Shown here in pieces: positions 34,010 through 47,325 of a stretch of DNA of 64,000 bases (positions are counted from its first letter, which is position 1; every line of letters begins with the position of its first letter). The translations under genes were made by a program, and so were the position numbers. The notes beneath the pieces were generated by a model that saw nothing but the letters and a program-made list of their open reading frames with translations, did no database searches and was not told the DNA's origin. The DNA is from Lama guanicoe (Eukaryota), in the NCBI GenBank assembly GCA_013239625.1, contig MU054117.1:2602011-2666010 (forward strand). Reading direction: 5' to 3'.

Positions 34010-34660
34010 ATATTAGTGATGGATAAACATGAGCGAGAACGCAGCACATCACTAGTGACCGAGGAAACCCGAACTATAACGACGGCGTGCTGTCGGCTAG
34101 CCTTTCAGTGTGCACAGATGTTTAAGCCGATGATTGCTGGTATGATGCCGTCCTGTGACACAGTGCTGGTGGGGAGGGGAGAAGTGTCACAACCTTCACA
34201 CTAAACAACTTTGCAGAGGGGATCGAGAGCCTTAAAAGCAGCCCTGTCCTCTGACCGGGGACGGCACTTCTGAGAATCCATCCTGAGAAAATGACCAGAA
34301 GTGCCGTCCATTGCGTTAGATGTCAGGGGGCTCAGCGCAGGGCAGTTTGTAACAAAGGAGAATGAAGAGCAGTTTGTGTGTCCTGCATGGCAGGGGCATT
34401 AAATAAGGTGTGATATGTCTGTGGGTGAATGAGTTTGGGAAATTACTAAGTGACATGGGGGAAAATGTTGGCAGCATGATCTGTGTTACATCCTGCAAAA
34501 TTTTCTCTTTCTGGGGCACAGTTCTGAGTTTTGACAAACACGGGCATTCACGTAACTTCCACCACCATATAATTCTAAGTGGGGAAAAATAATTTACCGC
34601 AGCATGTACACAGGAGGTTCCTAAATTTAAAAAGTATGTGCACACATGTGTATGACTGCA
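34010..34660 (+). mobile_element. Old L1M ORF2 3' end / 3' UTR fragment
   Basis: Translation MDKHERERSTSLVTEETRTITT resembles L1 ORF2 MANKHMKRCSTSLIIREMQIKTT. Downstream cacttctgagaatccatcctgagaaaat and attaaataaggtgtgatat are L1 landmarks. Confidence 0.7.
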
Positions 34661-37600
34661 TATGACAGGGAGGACGTCCTGACAAGGAGAGTTTTGAGCA
34701 AGCATTTTCCTCCTGAGCCTGGGTTTCTTCCCCGTAGTGGGGGAGCTGGACGCCGGGGCCCTGACCTTGCGCCAGTGCTCCCTCCCCAGTCCTGGGCCGC
34801 GTGGTGGGTGTGGGCTCTGGCCTGGACAGCCCTGACCTTGTGTGGAGAGGCTGGCCTTGCGGGTGTGCCCAGTGGGGCGGGGAGGTGGTCAGTGGGGCCA
34901 GCCTGGGGCTGTGCTGTGTCACTTGCTCAGGATAGAATGGAATGCTGCTGCTGGCCGGGCCGTGTCCTGACAGAGCGAGTGCAGAGTCCCATTCCCTGCC
35001 CCCTTGTCAGTGTGGTCGCCAGGCAGCTGCTCAGAGTCGGGGCTGCAGCGGGGGGTGAGGGAGGCTGCACCCCGGGGCAGGAGGGACCCTCCATTCTAGA
35101 CCCCTGGACCCGGACATGTATGTCTTCCTCTGGGCAGGGAGTAGCCCTGATCCAGCAGAGATCATTCTGCTGTCCGGCCTCCCTGCACCTCTGGTGTCCT
35201 CAGGACAGCTCCGGGGTCTCCCTCTCCAGGTTTCCTGGGTCCCTTGGGAGTGGCATTGTTGTTAGCTTTCTTCAGCAGGAGTGCTCTGCAGTGGGCAGGG
35301 AGAAGCCAGCAGGAGGAGTCGCACCGCCCCGTCCCCGCAGCCAGGGCCAGGGCAGCCTAGGAGGGGCTCGGCCGCCTGCCCTTCTCCGGGTCAGGGTGGG
35401 GTGGCCGAGGCCCGATGCCCCGGGTGTGCTTGGCCCCAGCTTGCCCCTCTGTACTGAGCCCCTCCCCGACCTCCAGCAGAGGGCCGTGCGTTCCCAGCCT
35501 GGAGTGGGCAGCTCTCGGAGAGGGGATGTGGCCTGCTTGGGCTCTTGCAGTCAGCACTGGGCAGAGCCCCGGCGGCCAGGTGTTTCCTCCTCCCTTGCCC
35601 ACCAGCTCCCAAGGACAGGGACCGTCCCTGCCCTTCTCTGCCCTCAGCACAGGACAAGCAAGGGGGTCTGCTGGGCTGGCCCACACCCGTGGCCATAGGG
35701 CAGGCTGCGGTGGGGGGTGGGGGCAGCTCACCCTGAAGGTGCCTCGGGGGCCTGGGCCCCAATGACCGTACGTATGATCCCCAAGGACCCTTTGTGTTGG
35801 TCCTTTCCTTCCAGATTCCCAGCATTGCTGACCGCTGGGCATTGTGTGTCCCTCCGTGGTGGCTGCTTCCTGCACCCTGCGTGCATTCCCTGGTGCCACA
35901 TGAGCCTGTCCCTAGAGGCTGGCAGCTGGACGGGCACGGTGCAGGAGGGTGGAGAGTCCCTGGGCCGCCTAGCACCGCCTCGAGTCCTCCAGAGAGCGCT
36001 GGGGCGTGGGTGGTCGGGTACCTTGCGGGAGGGCTCGGTGTGGGCCTTAAAACTCAGAGTAGAGGAGACTGCCAGTAAACTAGAGGGTGCCTGTCCTAGG
36101 GGTGAGCTAGTTTCACCTTCTCCCTCCTGCCTGAGTTACTGTACAGCCATTGAGTTTTCTGTGGCTCTGAGCCATGGTGCCCCCATCCCCGCGGCACAGC
36201 CTCTGACTGGGGCATCTCCCTGTCCCTGCGACCTCACCGGCCTCACCCACACCCACCGCAGCCCAGGAGGCGGGGCTGTTCTTGCCCTCCTTTTGCAGGA
36301 GGCAGGCTCAGAGAAGCAGAGGAACCCGCTTGGCTATCGCTGGTCGTACCAGCTCTGTCTGGCGGAGGCCCGCGCTCCCCGCGGGGCCGCCCTGCTCCCC
36401 GCGTCCCCAGATGCTGGCCCTGGGCTGAGGAGATAGGGCCCTCGGCTAAGCTGCTTAGTGCAGCAGCAGGTCACAGCCAAGACAGCTGGGGCGGGGGGAG
36501 GATCCAGGCCCCGGGCCGAGCCTCTGCCACCCTCCTCCACTCCTTCCCCGTGGCTGCCTTGCCCGGGCTTGGCTGAGGAGGGCCACGAAGGCCCCAGTGA
36601 TTTCCTGTCTTGCCTGATACAGGCTCTAAGGCCCCGTGGCCTCTCATGGGCACAGGGCAGCAGGAGGTGACTGAGCTCAAGGCCACTGCCTCTAGGAATC
36701 CTTCTCTGATTGAACTACTCTCACCGGCCCCACTGGCCCTCTGGTTTTGCACTCCTGGGAGCCACAGCCTTACTGGCCAGGCCTTTCTGGTCAAGTGTAA
36801 GCACTCTGACCTCCATTGGCCGTGCCTGGGCCCTGGGGCAAGGCTGTGCCCTCTTGGTTGGCCTGCTGGGCACCACTGGGGGGAAGCCTTGGCAGCAGGG
36901 CCTGTTCCGGGGGCTTCACCCACGTGATGGGGCTTGAGTGCTGTGCTTTCTGACTCTAGTAGTCTGCTTGGAGACAGGGGGAGGTCTTTGCCTGTGCTCA
37001 ACTTACTTGGCCCAAACTCTTGCCCCTCTCCATGAGACGGTCAGCCAGGGTCTCTGATCCCCACAGAGGAGCCGCTACAGGCAGGTCTCAGCCTCACCGG
37101 GATGAGCCCTCCTTTCCTGAAGACAGCTTTCCTTTTTCTCCCTGAACCTTCAGAGCCCCTCAGCCCTCCCCACAAAGTCTGTGGCTTCCTTGAGAGTCAG
37201 GATGGGGTGAAGCCCCACCTACTGCCCCTCTGCCTCTACTGGGGAGGAGGCCCAGCCCCAATTCTCTGCCAGCCACAGCCTGGAGCCGGGTCCCAGTCCA
37301 CCCAGTCCCCAGATGGCATGCGGTACCAAGATGGGGCTGGAGAGGCTGCAGCAGTGGGAGCTGGGGCTTCCAGGAGCGCCTGGCGATGTCCACTTTGGGA
37401 GACCACCCTCTGTGTCACCCCAGCCCTGCTAGTCCCCCTGCTGCAGGCAGACAACATCGGTGGCAGCAGGTCCTGCCAGATGGTGAGCCCCCAGCCACTC
37501 CCCTAAAGGGGACCAACCATCTGGTGGATGGTGTCTTTAGTCATGGGTGTGAGCGCTTGAGTGATGGAAGAGAATGGGGTAGTAGAGCCAAATCAGAGAA

Positions 37601-40600
37601 GGGAGGGCATGCCCCACTCCAGCCAGGCTCCGGACCCCTCCCTTTGAGTGCCTGGGCTCTTCTCCCTCCTCTTCCTGAGGTCAGTCAACCCAGCTTTGTC
37701 TCTCAGTGCCTAGCACCACGATCCTGGAGCACCAGGGACCCATTTCTGCCAAGCCTTCCCTTCCTAGGCCTTAGCTTCCCAACTGCACAGGCGTCCAGTC
37801 TTTCCAGGCTTCTGGGGAAGACAGGTCTGTGTGCTGCAGCCCAGCTCGTGTGGGGGCCGTGTTCCGGGGATAGAGGGAGAACAGACCTCCCCAAGCCCCA
37901 GGCACCATCCATGCCTGCCTCCCGCCCCTGGCAGATGCTGCTCCTCTGCTTCACACTGGCAGCACCTGGTTCTGGAACTCGGCACCGCTCTGATCGGACC
38001 GTCCTGGGGCGGCCGAGCCAGCGAGCAGAGGCCTGGACCAAGGCACGTTGCTTGCACCTGCCAGCCGGTGGGACAGCCCAGGGAGGTGCCAGTCCCATTT
38101 CTGGTTCTTGGGCCACTGCCAAAGGGAGGTGCCCTGGAGCACAGGCAGGACAGACGGACATCCTCGAAACCGCTCCTGGGCACGCATCCTGAAAATGGGA
38201 AGGAAAAGTTGACTTTTGCCAAGAGAGAGAAACACTTTTCAGTTTTCTTTCTCTCAGACCTCTCCTGAATGTTCCTAAGCAACGAAGCAGGTTGAGTGGA
38301 AGCCCGGCTGTGTTGGAGGGGAGAGGAGTGGGGGGTGCAGGTGACCATGGACCACCTGTGACCAGGAAGGGAGGGCTGCCTGTTCCTTGTCCTCTGCACT
38401 TTGCTTCCTTGCAGTGTGTTGGTGGAGCCTGAGATCCTGAAACAGTCGAGAGGGTGATGGAGGTCCCAGATGCTTCTCCCAGCCCCCAGACATCCCTTGC
38501 TGAGGGCACCCAGGTGCAGCGGGTGGGGCTGTGAGCACAGCTGGCACAGGGTGGGTTCTGTGTGCGCCTTTGTGGTGGGTGGCGGTGCTGCAGCGTTGTG
38601 TGGGGACATCCCTGCTGGGCGGACCGAGGCAGCCTCCTCAAAGCCCGGGGAGGACTGGGGCTGCCCTCCCGGCCCTGACACCCACTCCTCGCGGCTTCAG
38701 TGCCCCCGCCAGGCCCCTGGAGGCGGGGCTGAGCTGCTTCCGGCTGAAGGGCTTGAGCCCCGTTCACCCTGAGGGTGTGCCCTGCAGTGGAGAGGGGCAG
38801 AGGCAGATGGACGTCTAGCAAAATTTCCCACTTGCAAAGTCTGGGATTCCAAGTCCATGCCCTTCTCGGCACTGCGGAACAGTAGCCCAATTGCTCCAAA
38901 CCCATGTGATCGCCGTCTGGGCGCCTGCGTCCTTCTGGACCTTGGCCCTCCAGTCCTGGGCCTAATAATGGCCTTGTTTGGACAGGGCAAAGCAAAGCCC
39001 TGTTGGTGGCCGTTGCAGACAGCCCTGGCGTCTCCCCCAGGCCCACTCGCTGAGTGCTGCCCGGTTGTGCTGGCTGCTGGCCGCTCACAGAGGTAGCCCT
39101 GGGGCTGGCGGGGAGTGTGGCTCTGCTCCAGAGGGCGCAGTGAGCACTCCGTGGACAGCGGAGTCCTGGGCGAGGTGGGGGCAGCCTCGGGAGAGTGTCT
39201 GCGGTGTGTTTATGGCTCGTTGGGTGATGGGTGGTCTGGAAAGAGTGCAGTCCAAGGTGGATGGAAGGAAGGAGTGGGTGGGGAGTTTGTCCTGGGCAGA
39301 GAGGAGTGTCTTACGTGCTGGGCTCCTGGAAGGTGCTTGGGAAACGTGCTATGTTGAAGCTGTGAAGTTGTTGGGAAAGCATCTGGGGCAGCACATAAGC
39401 CTCTCCGAGGCCTGGCCAGGAGCGATGACAGTTACAGTGGAAGTGATTTGACAAAAGCCTGTGAAACTGACCAAGGACAGGGCTGGAGGGGAGGAGGTTC
39501 AGTGACTCTGGCTACAGCTGCTGGAATTTGCTGGCCTGGCAGCCCCCAAAGGCAAGAGTGGTGGTCGCTAACCATCTGCTATACTGGAGTGTGGCCAGCC
39601 TGGAGGCAGGGATGGCACAGAAGCCCTCTGGAGGGCCTTCCTGCTTCAGGGTCTCCATCTGCAGAGCAGGAGAAAGCACAGGAAGGCCTGAGAGGTGTCA
39701 GGCCACATGGCAGTGAGGTCTCGGAGCCTCCCCAGGGCAGACGTGGTGGGGAAGAGAATTGAGAGGAATGGTGGGGGGTTCCATCCACAGAGAGGCACCC
39801 AGGGGGCCCCTGCTGAGCAGATGTGGCCAGTCCAGCTTCACTCCCTGCTGTGCTGGCTGTCTGGTTTTGGGGACAGGCTGGCCTGAAGGGTTCAAGTACG
39901 GGTGAGCTGGTGTGCTGGCGTCTTCCCCGGTCCCTGCACTGCTCTCCCTCTGGGCTGGTCCCACTGGGGGTCCCTCCCACTCGCTCTGACCCTTAGCGGT
40001 CAACCGCTGCTGCCAGAACAGGGCAGCGAGGACTTGAGTGCACCTGTGTTGGGGGAGCCGCTTAGCGGGCCTCAGGGAGGATGGGCTGGAAGACTGCCTC
40101 TCAGTCACATGACCGCTGGCCTGTCTTCCTGCCCCTCTCCTCTGGATCTGCTGGACCCCTGCCCGTCAGAGCAGCAGGCACTTCATTTTAATCAGGAAGC
40201 ACACGGCTCCTGGAGGCCTCCTTCCTGACCAGTTCTGTCCCTTGAGGTTTTCATGAGCTCCCCCTCACAGGGGCACTCACACCCCCTGGGCACTTTTATA
40301 GTAGTTATTTCCTTAGAGGTGCTGCTCTTCCTTCCCTTTGAAACTGTCCTCCTCTTCGGGAAGATGGACAGGACTGGTCCCTGTGGGACGTTGGGCCGTG
40401 CGGGCCGGGCTGGCGGCACAAATATGGGCTGCAGGGGAGGACGCGTGCAGACCCTCCTTGGAGGGGCCGCCCTCTGCCTTTGACTTCGGAGATGCCATGC
40501 TCTCCTGATCTTCCGTCTGCTCCTGTGCTCGCTCCATGCTGCTCCGTGCCCTGACCTGTTGTCCTTGAAAGATGCCCCTCTGGTCCTGCCCCCTTTTCTC

Positions 40601-40924
40601 TCTCTCCCTTGACAAACCTGTCCAGCCTCCTGATTTCAGCCGTGAGCTCTCGTTTACCATGCTTTTGTAGTGCGCAGTGCACCGTTACAAACAATATCTG
40701 GGATGGCTGGTCCACTTTTTGGGTGAGAAAACTCAGGCATGGGATGACTAAGCCACAGTGTGGTTACACCTCATTCCCAAAATGCACGTCTGACGTTCCG
40801 GTGGGCAGACCCACGTCTGAGTTACCTGTGCGGTGAGTGGCCCTTCATTAGGGGCTCCTGGTGTCCCTCCCTCAGCAGGCACTGTCCTCGGGGTTCACGT
40901 GTGCTGCTTGGTGTAGTCGCACAT

Positions 40925-41035
40925 CAGCCCTGTGGGGAAGACGTCCTTATCTGCACTTTACAAAGGAGGGGACAGCGAGGTTGTGTTATTTACTCAAAGC
41001 CCCCGAGTGAGTGACGGAGCCAGACCCTGCATGCT
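40925..41035 (-). mobile_element. MIR SINE fragment
   Basis: cagccctgtggggaag...ttatctgcactttacaaaggaggggac...gtgagtgacggagcca. Confidence 0.5.
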
Positions 41036-44000
41036 TTCCTCTCCCCGCACCTTGTTGATGAGCCGTGTGACCGCACGTGGTCAGGGCCACAGTGCTGGGA
41101 GGGTGGCCCGCCAACCGGTGATGGCTGCAGGACTGGCTGTCCGTGACGGTCCCGTGAGATCCCAGCATCCCTGCTTCCTTGAAAGGCCCACTGTGGTTCT
41201 GTGTTGTGAGTCTGTCTGAGCTGTCCTGACCTTAGCTGTGCTCACCCCTCGCCACCCTACGTGGTCACGAGCCCCTCGCCTTTACCCGGCGTGAAGAGCT
41301 GAACTACCTATTATTGGTTCTTCGATATTTTCTTTCAAGCTGCAGGTGTTGCCAGGGGTTCTGTTTCGGGATCTGTCAGACAGGCCTGTGCTGGCGCTCT
41401 TGTTGTCTGGTGTATTTTGCAGGCTCTCATCTAATCCTCTCATAGCTTTGTTTTTCCAGAATGAGGAGTTCCCAGCCTTGTGGGATCTCCCATCGCGTCT
41501 CCCGTTTTCACTTGCTGCTTGTGTGTCTGATGTGTCTGGTGTGAGAGCACGTTTCCCCAGTGGAGTCGGGGCACCCCCTCCCCAGAGCCGCCCACAGCCG
41601 GCACAGCCAGAACATCTCCCTGTGGCGCAGACTCACGGTGATGAGCCCTGTCCCTGCTCCCCCTCCCGGGCCCAGCCGCCCCTGCTGAGGTCAGCTTCTC
41701 AGTAGCCGCAAGTATGGCCCAGCCCAGGCTGGCTGGCTCGCTGCGCAGTGTGTCTGTCACACAGAACCTTTCCTGGTGCGATGATGGAGCGCCCGAGGCA
41801 TGTGGAGCCTGGCTCTTGGACTTCTGTGCCAGTCATGGGTGCCAGGCTTGGGGACAGCCAGGTTAATGGCTGCAATGGGCATGACCTGCTCTGAGGAAGG
41901 GGCTCGGGGCCAGGAGGGGTTGCAGGTGGACCGAGGTGCACAGGGTGGCACCACGCCCAGCCCAGGCACTCTCTCCTCTCCTTCTGGCCTCCCCTTCCTT
42001 GTCAGCTCTTTTTTTCCTTCTTTGTCCTTTTTTCCCTCCCTCCTCCCATGTGTAGGGGGTCACCACAATGATGGGTGTGGTCTGGTACCATCCCAGCTCA
42101 GGATTCATGTTCTGAAGTTTTCCTGCTTTTTTGCTTCATGCCAGCATGGATTTCTTAAAGAGGTTGCAGGCATGTTAGTGGTCCAAGGCTGTCTTTGGAG
42201 ATGGCGAGGGAGCCTTGGCAACAGCAGAGACCACTTCCGGGACGACAGGAAGGAAAATCACATTCAGCGCGCACCTGCCGGGCCCACCTGCTCTCACGTG
42301 GGCATCCGACACCTGAAAGACAGGGAAGTCACGTGCTGTTACCGTCCCAGCAATGAGCTGCCATTGCAAGAGGTGAAGTCCACTTGCATGTGACACTGTC
42401 CCTGGTGTGTGTGACTGTGCCAGAGGGTGCAGGGAAGCGGGGTCCAGGTGTCCAGTGACCAATCGTGACTGCTGTAGGGGCTCTGAGAGGGGAGAAGAGA
42501 GTTTGTTTCTGATTGTATAAATGCGTATGTGGTCGCTGGAGAATTTTAGAAGGAATATACAGGCAGAAAAATAGCCTGCGTTAGGATTACTTGTAACGCC
42601 ACCACGCAGAGCCAGCCTCCCCTCGCCCTCGATGAGTTTCTAGGTGTGTATGTGGGAGGTTTTTTGGTTGCTAGGGACACCTTGAGTTAAAAGAAATAGA
42701 AGGACACAGAGGACACTGGGTTCACTTCCCCCCCCCGCCCCCCAGGCTGCCTGGGGCCTCCCACTTTGACTGTCTGCACCAGCTGGCTGCCCCTGGGGAC
42801 TAGGCAGCCACTTAGCGCCGTGTCTGAGTGCCCACTGGAAAGGAGACCCTGCTCCTGGGGAGATCCTGCATGGTACGGGAACGCAGAGCCAGAAGTGGCT
42901 GGGACCCCAGTAGCTCGTGGGACAGCCCCCACCCCAAAGCGGAGGCCCCTGGCAGGTGGCCCTGGGGCTGTGCCCAGACTTCTAGTGGCAGCGCCATGTT
43001 GGTCTGCTCTGGCTCTCCGGGTGAATGAGGCCGAGGGATCGCTTTTCACCCGCGGATTCTGACTCTGGGTCCTCACTCTGCCCTCCAGAGCCTCGTGGAA
43101 TAAGTCCCGACCCCTTGGACCAGGCTGCGCGTCTCACACTTAAACCTGCACCCGTGTTCCTTGCCACTCCCCCAGGTCCTCCCCGGCCCGACACCCCCGG
43201 TCCCCACGCCCGTTCCCCGCAGGCAGGGCACTCTCACACCCCCCAGTGCTGCTGTGGCTGGAGAGAGGTGACGCCTCTGGCAGGGCTTCCGGGAGCAGGT
43301 GAGACGGAGCGGCGTTTGGAGGGCGGCGAGATGGGGAAGCCCATTCCAGGCCAGGGAATGGCACGCGGAATGCTCACCAGCGGCAGGTGTGCACACAGGC
43401 CTGCGTGAGAGTGAGCTCTCTCCCAGCCAGAGAAGTCCCCGCCCCCGGCCTCCCCCCAGCCCAGGCCCGTATATAGCCACCGCCCGAGTCCTGGAGCCTG
43501 GGGTGGGGCAGCCCCCCCACTGTACACATGCGGGGAGCCCGCCGCGAGCTGGGCTCCAGCCGACCCTCAGGGTCGCCTTGTCATCACAGCCGGAGTCAGC
43601 TGTTGGTTTGGGAAGCCTTCCCTGGTGTTTCACGGTGCGTAGCCAGAAATATAACCCTCCTGTTTGGCAGGAGTGTTGGATCTTGGCAGGCGTCCTCGTG
43701 GCCTATTTTAAACTGAAGGGAGCAGAGAGCGGTGCCTCTGGGCTGAGCCCGGGACCCTTTCCTCACGGGGCCGAGGGGGCTGCCGGGGCTGGTCACTTTC
43801 TCCCTCCTTGGGCGGGCGGACTCCTGTCTTGGGGAAGGGCACAGGGCTGGGAGGTGGGGCTGTTTCAGGGCAGTCTGGAAGACGTTTTCATGATTGCACA
43901 GTGAGCCCTGGGCTGGCAGCGGGCGTCCTGGGCTGTCCGCTGTCCCTCTGCGATGCTGTGGACACATTCAAGCAGGCCGCCCTGCTTACCTTGCCATCTG

Positions 44001-44251
44001 GAAAATGGGGGCTCCTGTGGCTCCCATGACCTCAGCATGGTTTCGAGCACGTCCTGGATCTACCGAGTCCCTGTCATCCTGCTTCGTTTGCCAGTTACTC
44101 TCCCCAGCGGGCAAAGCCAACTCCAGATAGACAGGGGCTCCCGAGAAAACCAAATGGAAAGTTGAAGGGAAGGGGCAGCACAGGCTGCTCAGCTACTCTG
44201 GGGCTGCCACTGGCTCAGTGAATGAAATGACAACAGTGGCTTGTGAAGGAT

Positions 44252-44465
44252 CCAGCGTAGCCTGGTGCTTCAGAGCCTGGATTCTGGATTCCACTTGCCG
44301 AGCCCCTCCCCAGGCAAGCTCCCTGTTCTCTGTGAACCTCTGTTTCCCATGGGTCTATGGGGATGGTGCTGATACGCCCTCGAGACGTAGCGGGCACGCA
44401 GCGGGATGACGGGCCTGCAGGACGGCGCCTGCGGTAGGGCATGGCTGAATGAGCTCACTGCTGCC
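44252..44465 (+). mobile_element. MIR SINE
   Basis: cagcgtagcctggtgcttcagagcctggattctgga...ctctgtgaacctctgtttcccatgggtctatggggatggtg. Confidence 0.6.
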
Positions 44466-44819
44466 TGGCTGCTGCTGTGACACTTCACAGGACGTCACCG
44501 TGGACAGGTGGTGCCAGCGATGATGCTGGAGCCGGTGGAGAACAGGCACCAGTCGGCCCAGGATCAGCCTCGGTGGAAAATGATTGCCTCCTCACCACGG
44601 TCCACAGCGTGCCAGGTGGGGACTGGAGTCTGGTCGCGGCCCCACAGGAGCCCTGTCCCAGGGGTGGGATGCCGGTGGTGGTGCCGGCAGGGTGTTCCTC
44701 CTCAGAAGGGGCTGCAGCATGTCAGGTCCCAAGGGGCAACGTGTCCCTGCACTATTTCCGTCCGCTGTGCCTCAGCCCAGTGGAGCCCACTCCTGGCCAG
44801 GGAGGTTGGTGGTGACAGC

Positions 44820-44930
44820 TCTGGAAATCCTGATGCACGATGGTCCAGGGTGAGGTCTGAACATCTGCAACACCAAAACCCTTCTTGGTGATTCTGATGC
44901 CCAGCAGAGGACTGGGGACAAGGACTGTGG
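44820..44930. mobile_element. MER5A/B-like hAT DNA transposon fragment
   Basis: ggtccagggtgaggtctgaacatctgca...ggtgattctgatgc. Confidence 0.5.
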
Positions 44931-45467
44931 AGGGACGGCGCATGGAACTTAGCCTGGCCCTGCTGCTGAGTCTGGGGCAATGGTGTCTGCCTCCGCGGGC
45001 TGGTGTGAGACTGAATGGAGCAGTGGGTCTGAACGCCCTAGTGCACAGGCCCTCGCCCTGGACGGCGGTGAGCTTTGAGACACCGGCCGGGCAGGGGCCT
45101 CTCCTCTGCCGGTCTGGGTGCTGGCTGCCTTCGGGGCTCAAGCTCCTCCTCCAGACCCTTTCAGGGCTTAGGGGCTCTCTTCTTTGCCCTCCCCGCCCCC
45201 TCCCACATCCCCAGCTTTGGAGACCTAAACATGGGGGACCTTCCTGTTTCAGAGGTGAGGGTGGCGGGGGAGAACCGTCGGCAGGTCCACGGAGAATCGG
45301 TGCTGGGTGGGCCCTGCCCCTGGGTCAGGTTCAGAGGCGCCTTGTAGTCCCCCTGGGCCCGCGCTCCAGGCTCTAGACCGAGGGCCCGACACGTTTCTCC
45401 ACCAGAAAGAGCGCAAGAGGGAAGGGCTTGCGCTCTGTCCTGTCTGTCCTGATGTCTCATGGTGCCT

Positions 45468-45620
45468 GGAGGCGCTCACTGGGTGCCAGGTACTGTTTCA
45501 CGTGCTCTTGAACATTGACTTACTGTGGCTTCCTGACCAGCCCGAAGGCGGTCCTGTGAGTCAGCCCGCTGAACAGACACGGAGCTGAGTCTCAGAAGAC
45601 CTATGAGTTTCTCAGGGCTG
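45468..45620 (-). mobile_element. MIR SINE
   Basis: gcgctcactgggtgccaggtactgtttcacgtgct...acagacacggagctgagtctcaga. Confidence 0.55.
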
Positions 45621-46849
45621 TGCTTTCAAGGACGCCTTTCCCCAGTCCTGTCCTTTTCACGTGAATTCAGAATCAGTTTCCATTGACAGCCCTTCAGTGG
45701 TGAGAGCAGGCAGCACACACTCTCACGTGGACACTGCGGCCTGTGACCCCGCACTGGGGGTGGATGCTCTGTGCACACGTGTGTTGACTGTTGAGCAAGC
45801 TGTATTTGTTGGTTTCTAGGGGACCGCGAGAGGCTGGAGAGAGGGCAGCAGCTGCCCCGTCGCTGGGAGAGCTTCTCTGACGCCAGCCTGCCCCCCGGGG
45901 GGGCTTCCTGCCGTGCTCACCAGCGCCCCATGCTCCCCCAGAGCCCAGAATAGCAGTCTGCAGTCAAGAGGGTCAGTGAGGAGCCGGGCACATGGCTGGG
46001 CTGCAGGGCTGATGGGCGCAGGACAGTCAACCTTGGGGCTTGCGGCCTGGCCCCATCTGTCCCGCCAGCTCCGGGCTTTTTATAGAGAGGCCGCGTTAGG
46101 CAAGCCCGGTGAGTATGTGTGGGCCCTCATCTGACCGCAGCATGTGGACCCTTCGCAGGGGTGGCCTGAGGAGACGAGGCCCCCGGGCTGACCTGGGTTT
46201 GAGTCTCGGCAGCAGCTGACGCGCCCTACCCACGGCCGCCTCGCGTAATGGGAGCAGCCCGCCAGGGAGCTGAAAAAGGAAACGGCCTGCGCGGCTCAGC
46301 TCTATTATTAAACCTTTCTGCAGCGCTTTCTCCCCACTCAGCCTTCACCCCCACCAGGGTGAGACTGTCCCTGTGCCACCCTAGAGGGACGTGGCCGCCG
46401 TCGGTGTTGTAGGGAGGACGGTGTGGGGGCCCGTTTCAGTGTCATGGAGCTGCCAGTGGGATTCCCCTGCTCTGGAAGCGGAAGAAGGCCTGGCCTTCAG
46501 GAAGGGCTTCTTGGGGGCATCTTGCCTGCAGCCCAGAAGCCCGAGAGCCTTTCCCTCTGGGTCACCCTTAGAACGAGGCAGCCTCTTTTAGACAATGTCC
46601 TCATGCAGGAAAGTAAACGAGCCTTTGAGGATTTGCAGTGCTGGAGGAGTTGGCATCTCGCGGGTCTAGAGATGAGTATAAGGTTCAGGAGGGGTGCCAA
46701 ACTGGACCCCCCTCGTGGCTCTCAGGGACAGGCACCTACTCTTGTTAGTGTCCTGGAGTGGAAGAGTCTCTTGCCACTTACATCCTCATACGCTGTTTGC
46801 TGTCACCTACCCCTTTTTGTTTTCTTAAAAGAGGTTTTTTTTTGTTTTG

Positions 46850-47325
46850 GGTTTTTTTTTTAAGAGCACTTTTAGGTTTACAACAAAATTGAGAGGAAGT
46901 CACAAGAGATGTCCCGTATCTCCCCTGCCCCCACACACGCACAGCCTCCCCCCACTCTCAACACCCCCACCAGACGGTACATTTGTTACCAAGGATGAAC
47001 TGCCTTTGACACATCAGTCCCCCAGAGCCCATCGTTCACCTGAGGGTTCACTCTTGGTGTTGTGCCATCTGCGGATTTGACAGATGTGTCATGACACGTG
47101 TCCACCAACAGAGCGTCACACAGCGTAGTTTCACTGCCCTGAAAATAAGCCTCTGTGCTCCACCTGCGCACCCCCACCCCGAACCCTGGCAGCCACTGAT
47201 GAATTTTCTGTCTCCACAGTTTTGCCGTTTTTGGAATGTCATATAGTTGGAATCACACAGGTTGTAGCCTTCGCGGACGGGTTTCCTCACTTAGCAGACG
47301 CGTTTACCATCCCTCCGCGTTCCAT
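46850..47325 (-). mobile_element. L1MC1/L1MC2-like LINE 3' end
   Basis: ttttaggtttacaacaaaattgag...ggtacatttgttac...agggttcactcttggtgttgt...tagtttcactgccct...gaatgtcatatagttggaatca. Confidence 0.85.

Noticed and set aside
34646-35698. 350-aa plus-strand ORF
   Set aside because: It starts in an L1 tail, has low-complexity GC-driven composition, and shows no domain or exon-like boundaries.
37703-39088. 461-aa minus-strand ORF (longest in the track)
   Set aside because: Pro/Gly/Arg/Ala-rich with no recognisable domain, and long ORFs overlap it in several frames. This is expected from stop-codon scarcity in GC-rich intronic DNA.
41425-41545. Acceptor-like ctaat...ttgtttttccag| at 41459 as exon 2
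   Set aside because: There is an intervening AG after the branch-like motif, no good downstream donor, and no coding-like codon usage.
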